Origin: Paragordius varius
Lineage: Eukaryota > Animalia > Nematomorpha
Length of the DNA: 64,000 nucleotides
Direction: 5' to 3'
Assembly: GCA_964247055.1 (NCBI GenBank)
Contig: OZ176053.1
Location: 8,122,001-8,186,000 of the forward strand
Positions 39,047 to 51,900 of this stretch are shown here, piece after piece. The translations under genes and the position numbers were made by a program. Each line of letters starts with the position of its first letter. Within the stretch, counting starts at the first letter, position 1. The notes below the pieces were generated by a model, which saw only the letters and a list, made by a program, of their open reading frames with translations, was not told where the DNA came from and did no database searches.

Positions 39047-42000
39047 ATGAATTCTCTGTGGTACGCCCTGGTTTGGATAGTTTGCTGGTTTGAGACAATT
39101 TTATCGATACCATACAAAGGTATTAAAAAATTTATAAAATAGCGTGTGATGGAATCGAAACGCACTACTTTGGTCACTATAATATACTTAAATCAATGTT
39201 TACTAATTGTACCCATGTAAAAGGAAGTTTGACACTCTATTCCCTCCAACCGGAGGATGATCTCGATTTTTTAAAAAATATAGAAGTAATAGACGGGTAC
39301 CTTTCTATACGTTCTGTTGGAACAAATATTCCATTGATAAACCTAAAAGTCATAAAAGGTGAAAGGTTATACAAAAGATATTACAAACCATTTGGCGAGT
39401 TTGCTTTATATATTGATGCAAATTCCTATCATGGTCGAGATGATGAGCCAGAGGTCCCAAAGATTCATAAAGGTATTTTTAATTTTATTATTAGTTAATG
39501 ATCCTTATATGACCAATGAAATGTTTGGAAAAATGCGGCGCACCGGTGGAGTAGTACCTGCATTAAATTATTCATATTCACCGCCTACAAATCTTAATCG
39601 GACTTACACGCATCTTAATTATCTCCAATTTTATTCACTTACGGATATTTTACAAGGGGGAATTTTTATAAACTATAATGTTGGTTTATGTTTTGCAGAA
39701 TACATCAATTGGTATGAACTCATAGGCTATCAAAAAAGAAAAAACTATATTAGCTTTGCAAGTATTCTTTAATACCATTTTTAATCAATTAAATTTGAAT
39801 TCCGTCAGACTTTTAGTTTGGTCCGGTTTAGATTGTTCCGGTTCCAAAGATTATTAAAAATTGTTTCGAGTTTTGTATAAACGTTTTAGATAAACTGTTT
39901 ATTTTGGTTTACTATTGTAATTGGTAATTAATTATACAATGTATGTAAATCGAAATAAACCGAATTTTGTTGTATGGTATTTTTTGAAAATCTACTATTA
40001 TTTTTACCTCAAATAAAAAAATAATATAACCAGTTTAAAATTGTATTTATTTATAAAAATATCCTTATAATTTTTTGAACCGTTTTTATTTTTTTCTTAC
40101 ACGGTTTAAAAAAATGGTCTCGGTTATTATGGTAAATACATTTTACATACAGTATGATTGAAAATACCTTGCTTGTCTTTTTAGCTAGAATTTACATTAA
40201 AGAGCACTATTATTGGCTAAAACTAATTTATAAAATAATGAATTTCCTTGGCTTTTTCAGCGTTCAGCCAATAATATTTCCTTTAATAGCCATTTTTAAT
40301 GAAAAACTAGGATTATTCATTCAAACCCACTTTCAACATTTATTTATATGTAATATAATACAAAGCGGTTGATTCAAATTATAGTTTTTAATATCAATCT
40401 AATTTTTAAATTGACTAAATATGGATGGCTTACGTTGATTTTTTACCTGTAGGACACGAGGAGAATTTATGTCCTGTAAAGGGCCAAGAATGTCCCCGTC
40501 ATTGTAATGGCAGTTGTTGGGACTTGGAACATTGTCAAATCCAATTTGACCGTATCTGTAATGCTGAGTGTCCAGCCATTGAGAATTACAAAAGACCGGC
40601 GTGTAGAGGTACGACCCTTGCCCAATGTTGTAATCCTGAATGTGTTAATGGATGCACAGGACCGTATGATACAGATTGTTACATGTGCCGAATGTATACT
40701 CAACCCTTGGCGAATGGGAGGGGGAAACGTTGCCTTGCTACGTGTGAAGGCGCCTCCAATGGACAAACATTACATCTCCACGATAATTTTACGTGTGTGT
40801 CGAGTTGTCCTTCCAAAAACACCGTACTTTTTGGTATGTGTTTATGAATGATGCTATAGAAAGAAAGAATTATATGGGATATTAATAATCGATATTCTTA
40901 TAGTAGTTTTTCATGGTATTTTTATTTAATTCTTGTTCTTTTTCTGTTTTCCATGTGATTGTAACATTATTAAACCCATCGTTTATATTTACAGTAAAAT
41001 CAAAAAGGAATAGTTAAAATATGTTATAAAAACAAAGGGTATTGGAAAAAACCAAAAACGAGTAAATTACGGTAATTAAATGGGCTTAATAATAATGAAT
41101 TATCTTTAATAATCTTATTTAATACCATCGCGTAATTTTTTTGATTAATGAAATACCTATTCATATATCAGTTACTTTTTAATCACTAAGCTATTTTTAA
41201 ACATGTATATATATATATATAGATCAATGTTTGAATCAGTGTCCGACTAATACACGCGAAATTTTTTTGTTCAATAAAACCCTTTCCAATTATTGTTTAC
41301 CAAATGTGACACGTTGCCATTCTAGTCAATTACCTTACTCATTTGGCAATGGGTCAGATTTGAAGCCACCTTTTATGTGGGCTCTTGATCGATTCACACA
41401 CTGTCCCCGTGTGTGTAAGAGTGTCGTTGATATATACTCCTATAATATACATGAACTCCGGGGCTGTAACATAGTTATTGGAGATTTGAACTTGCTTGAA
41501 GTCACAGTTTTGCCTCAAAGGCACCCACTGAATGACACTCACAACAAGCTAGTTAGGCAAACCACGTTAGCCGAATTAGATCAGTTACGATCTATTAAAG
41601 CCATCACCGGTTACCTTCGAATCCAAATTTTGACGCCAGATATAACAAACCTTGATTTTTTTGACAACCTTGAATACATTGGTGGTCGCACCGAATTAGT
41701 ATTTAAACGATATTCATTCAATGCTTTCTTGACCGATTTGGAACATTTAGGGACCAGGTTTGTTTAGCGATTTTTTTAGTAAAATACGTGAGGGTAAATT
41801 TATTTTGATTTGTCAATTAGATCTTTGCGCAATATTCCTGGTGGAGGTATCGGTATATATTCCAACGAGAATTTATGCTACCTAGATAATCCCTCGCTAT
41901 ACACCCTGAACGGAACTTTGCAGCTGTATGATAACGGCAATTTTGCCCATGAATCACACAATGTATGGACGCATTTAACTAATACCCTGCCTAAGGATAT

Positions 42001-42920
42001 ACATCCTTTTAACAATGATTACAATGATGGTAATCTTTGGCTAAATGACACGTATTATAGTCGTGTCTTGACTACCCAAAATGGGGATTATAATCACATT
42101 GTGATTAAAGGAAATGCCCCACATACACGTTGTGCCAAAGAGGGTAGAATCTGTGATGAGCAATGTTTTTCGCCAACGACGGCCAGCTTGCTTGAAACAC
42201 AAGGCTGTTGGGGACCGGGACCACATCGATGTGTTTCATGCGCTAATTCTATCCTATACATTCCAATCATTCAGGATACTATACAAGCTTCAATACTGCC
42301 CAATTCTACGATGGATATTGTTAATGCTCTTAAAATCATACAAAATTTTTTGAATTATTCACTCTTGCATAATGATTTATGGAAGGAGAAAGGAGAAAAA
42401 GATACTACACGATCAAAAGATGTTTTAGATATACTTGGCGCTGAAATCGCCTTTTTACTTGAAGATTTTGATCGGCATCTTGCTAAAAACATGTCTTCCA
42501 ACTTTTATTCTAGATTTTATTCCATTTGTGTTCCTACAATCAGTAATAATGCAATTAATAAAACATATTCCCCTTCTTTAACGTCTCCACTCTACGATAA
42601 ATTTGATATTAAATCTTGGATAACGTTTTATAAATCACATTTCGATTTGCTGGAACAAATTATTCCCCGTACATCAGTTTCATTATCAGGTAACGGTTTT
42701 GCACGCATTTCACAAATAACATTATTAAATATATTTATATTATATATATATATATATATATATTATTTAGACGAATTGGACTTTTACCAAATGTAGTTTA
42801 ACGTGTAAGTATTAATTTAATTGTCGATTGACGTTTTAATTCTATTGTTAATCCAGTTCTGTTTGTTTTGTTTTGAAGATGGATTTCTCTTGTATTGTTG
42901 TATATTTGCATGATTTTGGT

Positions 42921-42969
<49 letters not shown>

Positions 42970-45900
42970 CACAAATACGTTTTCACAATTTAAGCTCTAA
43001 TAATGAATTTAAATAATTATGTAAAAATGCGTCCGTTCATTGATTGCAAATAAACTGCATGTATTAAGTATGTCCACCCTTAAATGCATCAGATAAACCA
43101 CTAATACTAATATTTCTGCATAATTCATATTTACGTTTCAAATAATTTTGTTTGTTATTAAATTATCCCTATTTTTTTGAATAATCAAATATTGTTCTCA
43201 AACTAGGTTAATTAAAATGTACTGATTTACCTGATACTATTTAGTTATTTATATTATGCCTGAATTCACTTGTCCGGATTTATTCTATTTTAATTATGCT
43301 TGCAATTTGTTTAATGTATAAAACTTATTTACATGCATTTTAATATGTGCTTAAATGTTAGGCGATGAATTTACGTTTGCTGACATGAAGTTACAAATCA
43401 ATAAGTTTGTTCAACAAACCTTAGGTCAAGATTTAGGATTAGGTCAATTGAACCATGCCTTACCTCAAAGTCTACTTGTTTATGCTTATGAATCCGACCA
43501 TATAGACAAGCAAAATCCGATCATAACTGAAAAAATGAAAAGTAAATTATTTTACAAAATGAATTGATTATAATAGAAGCAGCTATTTATGTAATAATTT
43601 TTATAGTTTTTATTTAGTTTTTCCTAAATTTATAAAAAGCTATTTCATAGCTTCATGTCATTGGCCTTTTTACGTTACTTGCCTACGTTAAATTTTTTTA
43701 TTGTTTATTCTCGTATATTGTTTTAAGCAAAAATCTCGGAAATTACTTGCAAGTTTTTTTTATAAAAATAAAGATCTTAATAGCTAATTTGCATAATTTT
43801 ACATATAAAAGAGTTTATTTTTTTGAACTTTTTTTCTTAAAATTTTTATTTCTTATACTTTAAAACAAATTGCAATTATGCATAAAGTTTATGTAAAATA
43901 TCTAGCATTTTTTCGATTTATTATGTAAATTATGTTTTTATAAACTTTAATATTTTTTCAAAATACGAACGATTTGCTGTAAAATATAAATTTAATCACA
44001 CTAACTAGTATAAAACACATATACAGGTATATATTTATAAATATTTTACTATATTTCTTTCATATATAAATAATTAATATGTACACTTTTTATTTTCATT
44101 AAAATGTAAGCACTAAAAATAAGACGTAAACATTGACACTTGTAACTTAAACCCCCCCTTTCACTTTTGTCTCCATGTATGTCCATTTTTATTTCTCACA
44201 CATACACAAACAATCATTTATTATAAACATTATCACTCTACTGTCTTTTTGTAAATATAAGTGAAAAACAATGTCATTTTTACACTTCAAGAAAAAGTTA
44301 ACAAAAAACGAAATTTAATTAAGTTTCATTACATTTGCAAGACAAAAATTCTGAATAATTTGAATATGGTTAAAAAAATTGTTCAAATTAAAGTTTTTCT
44401 TGCATTTAGGATCAGGCCTGATCGTTTATATTTATGTTTTTGACTGTGAGTAATTTTGAATAAAATAATTTAATAAACCAATGTTATCACGTGCGACAAT
44501 TAAATTTCTTATGAAATCATTAATTTTATAATTTTTTGTTTATATCATAGTTTTTCAACTATTTAAATCAGGGGTGTCCAACACGCGGAACGAGGGCTCG
44601 CCAATTTGGACCCGCGAAATTTTTGCAAATTGATATATATTAATTACACATTTCGAAAAATATGTTCATAAAATCTTAGTATTATTAATATTTTTTATCC
44701 TGTATAAGTCTTTCTAATTGGCGAGGAACTAGCAATTAGTAAAATATATGGTAGTTATATATTTTTTGCCATTTTTTCCACCCATAATATGTGTTTAAAA
44801 TCCAATAAAATATTTATAATGCCCCCATGTTTTTTAAATGCGGCTCGCTGGATATTCTGAATTACAAATGCTGCGGGTGAAACTATTTCTGTTGAATATA
44901 CCTACTTTTTTTGTTTTATTTTGTATTGTAACATATATTAGATCACTGATTATGACAGTAAAAAATATAAAACTAATGTATCATACATATCTTATCCTTT
45001 AAACAATTATCGATTAGACCCCGCTTCTGGTCACATTTTCCGCTTGTGTCATCATGAGTGTGAGGAAGGATGTTTAGGTGCCGGACCATCAGCCTGTAAG
45101 GCTTGTAAACATTTGGCATACAATGGAACCTGTATGTCCACATGTCCCCAAGGAACATACCCAAATTATGGCCAAAAGATTTGTCAACCATGTCACCCAT
45201 TATGTTTCAAGTAACGATCATATTGCTAAAGCTTATAATGAGAACTAATATAAAATTAATATTTTGTAATTATATTTTAGAGAACAAAATAAAAAAATCG
45301 CATGAGGCATAAAAAGGTGAAAATGAAAGTGCATTTTCTATAAAGAGCCGTTTAATTAAAAATTATTATTTTGTCAAATTTTATTGAGTTAACTTAATTT
45401 GTTAGCAAATATAGTTAGGGTCACGAAATTAATGGTAAAAAATTTAATTATTTATTTTTATTTCTAATTTTAGTTGTACTGGGCCCTTGGATAGAATTGA
45501 TAAAAATGGTTGCTCAATATGTGCTTTAAGTCATTCCATCGATGGACATTTGGTAATTATTATATAACTTAATCAATTTTGTTCAATTTTTACTCATGTG
45601 TTATATATTAAATAGGAATGTTTGAGAAAACATTGCCGTGATGGTTATTACGTGGCTGACGATGACACTTTAAATATTACCAATGTGATAAACCAACGCC
45701 CCAAGGTATTAGAAAATTATGAATTTAATATTTAATGACAGTTAAGAAAATCAAATGTCTTTCAGATGGATAGAGGCAAAAATTTATTATATATAACCAT
45801 TTTTCTAAGCAAGATAATACACATACGATTGCTTACTTATTACCAATTTTTCCATTCATCATACACCTACTTTCACGCTTTTTGTTGTGGAATAGCCTAA

Positions 45901-48900
45901 TAAGGCGTCATATTTCTAAATTATAAAACATTATTTTGTTTTTAAACACTAAATTATTCTTACTACGCATCATAGATATGTAAACGGTGTCATGACCTTT
46001 GTTTTACATGTGATGGCCCTAGTCATTCGGATTGTCGACTTTGTCGTTATTATACCACAAAGAGTAGCTCAACAACACTGGCGACAAACAGTGATATAAT
46101 ATCTAGTTCTCTTCTAAAAAACGGGCCGGGAATTACCCAACGTCTTCACACAACACCACAAAATACCAGCCGATGTACTACGGAATGTCCATTTCGTTTT
46201 TATGGTCTACGTGGTATTACTGCTGCCGATTTACCTAAAACACTCATCAACGTTAATATAACCGATCCATAGTAATATTTTACAACAATTTTTTTTAAAA
46301 AATAATCATTTTATATCTAACCTAAATATTATTTATTATGACCTAATCAGGTTTCGCGGACCGCATTCGAAATATATACATGGGCATTTATAAGTATTTT
46401 ATTACACTTAGAAAATGTCAAATTTTTTAGTTCGTTGCCAATTGTATAGAATTTTTCAAAATATTTATTCGAGAAAAATCAATTTTCTAGCAACGACTGA
46501 CCTAAATGATAATTGTCCAATATACATATATATATATATATATATATGATTATGAATCAAGTTTACATATAAAGTTTTTTAATTTAACCTCCTTAATTGT
46601 AATACACTTACACTCATTATAGTTGGATGGCTGGGAGTGATGCATTCAGACGACGTCGCATCCTCCAATCTCTGAATCGATGTGCTTGTCACGATGAATG
46701 TGCCACTCTTTATTGCCTGGGTCCGCTAGCCTCCCAATGTGTTCATGGGTGTCGGGCATATGTGCTCTTTATTCAACAAGAATCACTATCACCATCTCAT
46801 TCCTACATTAATACAAGAATTAATTCTTACCACCATAGACCTTTGTATGACCAACAGGTATATAAGCTAATATCTTTATTGGTAGCAATCTATTTAGTTA
46901 ATATTTGGAAAAATCTATGAATTTAAAGGCGTTGTATTTTATAAAAAGTGGTTTTCTTTTTTTTAAAATTTGGTATCTTTATTGAAGGTAGTCATGTTAA
47001 CTATATTATGTATTTGTATAGATAATGACATGTGTACCAAAATGTCCCGAAAATATGAAAGTTATAGAAAGAAATGGAATGAAGATTTGCACTGCAAAGT
47101 AGAAATACTCTTTTGATTAATCTTACAAGGGATAATGTATAACAATAGAAATAACATTTTAATTATTCTTTAATGTTTTATTTATAGTATGTCAAGCAAC
47201 CATCATATTATATTAAATTCGTCAGTGGGCATATTTTTATTCGTTTTATTCGTACTGATTATTATTTGGAGGCGACGATACGCTCAGTGCCATAATGATG
47301 CAAAAAAACATGGGAAAAAATTTGTGGTAAATAGATGAATATAGATATTTTAATTTGATTATCATACATTTTAACAAATTATGCGTCTAGTTTTCAACTT
47401 AAAATTACTATTTTAAGATAAAATATATAGAGAGAAAATGGATAAAGATCTTAGTCGATTGAAAATATTTTGTTTAAATCATATCATAGCAAAATTTGCT
47501 TTTTAATAGCCTGGAAAATCTGATTAATGTTACAGACTTAATGACAGAGTATTTGTCTACATTTATTTTTAAATATCTTTTAGCATTTATTAGCAAATTC
47601 ATCGGAATACACTGCCATTTTGGATGATAGTACGACCAGTAATGTGGATGAACTTATAAACAATTATTTGAGTCATAGAGAGGATGGAATTAATTTGTTA
47701 CCACCTCAAACGACAGATGACAATTTTTATGTTGCTAATGGTTACAGAAATTCCCCTCATTCGCCTTCAAAAATAAATTCATTAAACTGTGATAAACTCG
47801 ATGATGAAATTGATTCAAAACATTCCACCATATTGAACCATAGAACTAACAACACAATCAATGTAAAGAATGGTGGCCGTCGTTTGAAAAAAAGGAGAAA
47901 TTTAAAGATTGGTTCCCAGGCCCAGGCCTTGCTCCATAATGGCATGAAAAGTAGTTATCATAAAATTGTCAAACAACATAACACCATACATGTCATACCT
48001 AAACAAAGTATTAAACGCTTACTCAAAATCTCAAAACATACTTGTTATCCTGTACTCTCAATTTATAAGGTTAGTTCATTGATCTTGGTTTTACGAAATT
48101 AAGTTTTGACGCTTATTTTAGCTTATTAGTTCATTCTTGCTAATATATTTACTTAATTCACATTATCTAGGGTGATTGCCGACTTTACGAAAAACCCAAT
48201 AAAGTAATCATAAAAGCCATTAAGGGATGCAAAATAAAACCAAATGCCTTGCAGGTATTTTGACACTTTTTAAAAATTCAATATCATTTATTATATATAT
48301 TAACATAATTTTATTTTCGCTCCATAGATATTAGATCAAATAAATACAGAATCAAGCAATCCTGAAAAATATTTACAGACAAATGGAAATCCCATGAGTA
48401 TATTTCATAATATTTATTTTCAATTTTTCTTAACTTTGAAGGTTAAAAAGAGTTTTACTTTTACATGCACGAACTATTTAAGTTATACAATTTATTAATG
48501 CAAGATTTTATAATTTTTAAATTTTATTAATTAAGTTAATGTTTTTTACAGACAAATGGAAATCCCATGAGTATATTTCATAATATATTTTCAATTTTTC
48601 AAAGAGTTTTACTTTTACATGTACGAAATATTTAAGTTATACAATTTATTAATGCAAGATTTTATAATTTTTAAATTTTATTAATTAAGTTAATGTTTTT
48701 TTAGGAAATAATCTATATTTATCAGCCTAATATAGATTGTTCTATTATATCAATTATTTATTTATTCATATAGAAATGAATCACGTCAAATATATCAATA
48801 GCTCTCCATTCTTGTTTGTGAAAGGATTTATTGGTAATTTTATGTTTCAAATAACATTTATAGTTTTAAAATATAATATTGAGGGGTCGGAAGTTCAAAA

Positions 48901-51900
48901 CATAATCATATAAATATGCGCCCAACAGCTCCTCAATAACATAATGGTCATAGCCTTTTTATATAAGAATAAAACACCAAAGAATTGTTTATTTGCATTG
49001 ATATAGAAAACACTGTAAATGTATTACGCTTGAAAAATTTTAATTTTTATAATTTTGTATATTGGGTTTGCTAATTTTGCCATGCTCGAATTGTTTATCA
49101 AATTTAAATTAGATTTTAGCATGTTAAATTCAGTATTTGCATAGGATTAGTATTTAAACTTATTATAATATTATTTTTGATATCAATAATAAAATATAAC
49201 AATTACATGTTGTTTATTATTTAGGCATGAAATTTAGCAAAATTGCATGACAATAATTTTTTATTTATGAGTATTTTTTGAGTATGGTTCTATATTTTTT
49301 GCTTTTAAATGCGTTGTATCTATTTTTCTTATATGTTTTTTACTTTTAAACATTTTCTGGAATATAAAACTTTATTTAAAACCGCAAATATCTTAAAACA
49401 CTCTCAGAAATGCACAAAAACTTTAAATTGATCAATAATTGACCAGTATCATATTACTCCTTTCTTTTATATACTCATTTATGATTAAGGGATTTCTTCA
49501 TAAACCCATACTTTAATTTTTAACACATTTTTTAGCCGTTGAGCGAGTAAAAAACATTGAGACGGGCCGTAAAAATAACCTTTTATCATGTTTGCAATCA
49601 TCAGCTTTGCAATATTACAAGAGAGAGTACAATCCAAAGCAAGATTTAAAAATAGATCCTGAAAATGCTGCCTTTTACCAACTTTGCAATTATGTAGCAG
49701 TTAATCCATTAACTATTGTGATAGCCATGCCTAATGCTACACCATTATCTTTATTTCTTCGTGGATTAGTTTATAGTAATTACATTCTCTATTTTATGGT
49801 TATTTGAATTTTTTTTTTGATTGGGGTTTTATTTGTTTAGATCATATATGTTTTATTTATGTGATATTTAATTTTCATTTATTATAATTTGGTAAAATAT
49901 ATAAATAATTAAAAAATTTTTCCTAAATGTTTTTGTTCCTTAGTTTTATTAACATATATATATATTTAACAGGTCAATTTTTTTATTGTTAAAAATATAT
50001 TATAAATTAAAGATATTTTTATCAATTTACTAATACTTATACTTTTTACCATGAAATTTAGGCAAGGTTTCTGCTCAGAGTTTTATAAATTTTAAAAGGT
50101 TATTTTCTCAATTTTATATCACTTAATATACATACATACATACATACATATTTTTCAGATCCCGTAAGCGATAATCGGATAAATGATCCCAGCCATCAAC
50201 GTAAACTAGCGATAAGGGAAATTTTGCTCAATCGAATGCCTCAATGGTTTTATCAATTGGCTTCTGCCATGCGATTCTTGAATGAACATGTCGGAATTAC
50301 GCATGCCTTTTTACGTGCTGATTCTATATACCGTAATTTTGATTTTACATTATTTTTCACACAAATATCAGTAGTTTTTCCATCATGTTAAATTTTTGTG
50401 TATGATACAAAAAATTGTAATTATGGAGACAAACATAAAAAACCAAAAGACAAATAATAAAAAACCTAAGTTTGATTTTTAAACCCATGATTTTTTATAT
50501 CTTTCCGTTTTGGCTTGCTAAATAAAAATTTAAGATGTAAATTATGTAGGTTGGCGGTATTAAATGAATAATTGTTGTTTTTTAGATTTTACGTTTTGTC
50601 TTTATAATTTTAAATTTTTTGTATATTTTATTGTTATTGTATAGTTAAAAACCCTCATCAAATAATTTTGGATGATTATTATTTTAACATGTTAATCGAT
50701 GTGCAAAACCTTTCTAGTAAACAACGGATGCAATATATACAGGTAAATTATTTTTTAGTCGTATATTATAGATATGCAATTTATTTTACTGTTTTTATTA
50801 TAAATCAATTTTATATTAGATTATAAGGTTGTGAATTTATTGATTATCTACTTTATATAACTTTTTTATGTTAACAACAAGTTAAAAGGCTTATATATGG
50901 CTATTTTGCTATTTTAAAGAAACTAAATAAAGTATATTCTTTTATTCAATTTTTAGAGAAATTATCGTTGGTTACCCAATGAATGTTTTGACGAAGGTAG
51001 TACATTCTGCTTAGACGCCAAAACAGATGCTTGGTCTTTCGGTAAAATCCCAATTTTTTATTTTATATATTAATGCCTTAAATTTATATCTATTGGCCCA
51101 ATTCTATATGATGTAAAGTATAAGTGATTTATATTAAAAATTTACAATATTTTACCCTTTGAATTCCGGCTCCTTTTTTATAAAAATGACATTATGTATG
51201 AAATTTTATCGAAATATTTATTTGATTACCAAATAAAAAGGCGTTACAATTTGGGAACTTATTTCGTTTGGGCAAATTCCTTATCATGACATGTCTTTGG
51301 CTAAATATGTGAACGAAATAACTACTGGTTACCGATTGCCTCATCCAGTTTTTTGTGGTATTGGTCTCTACAAACTCATGATTCAATGTAAATTATTTAT
51401 ATTTTTCATTTGTTCATTTATTTATATTTAGCATTTTTACCTATATCATGTTGTTTGTAATCATAACAAATGATTTCTATTTAAACGCTAGTTTAATAAT
51501 ACAATGCTTATTAATCAATCAAATTAAACTGGTTAATCTATTTTTTTAATGCGTAAATGTTTTAAAATTTGTGATGGAAACTATTAAATATCCCTCATAG
51601 AGGCATACATTATTTAATGTACCATATTTAACTGATTTATTATATAACTTTTAGGTTGGTTACAGTATCCGCATATACGACCATCATTCTCCAAAATATG
51701 CGAAGATATGTTGGATATACTTTCAAAACCATTGCAAAACTTCCACGGGGATATGGTATATTTTTTTATACACGAACGCAATATATTTTTATAATAATGA
51801 TTTTTGTAAATATTTTAAACCAAACTACATCCTTTTAATACATGTTAGTATATCTTATTTTTTTAAATGAAAACAGATCCTATGGCGAAAATTTGAGAAT

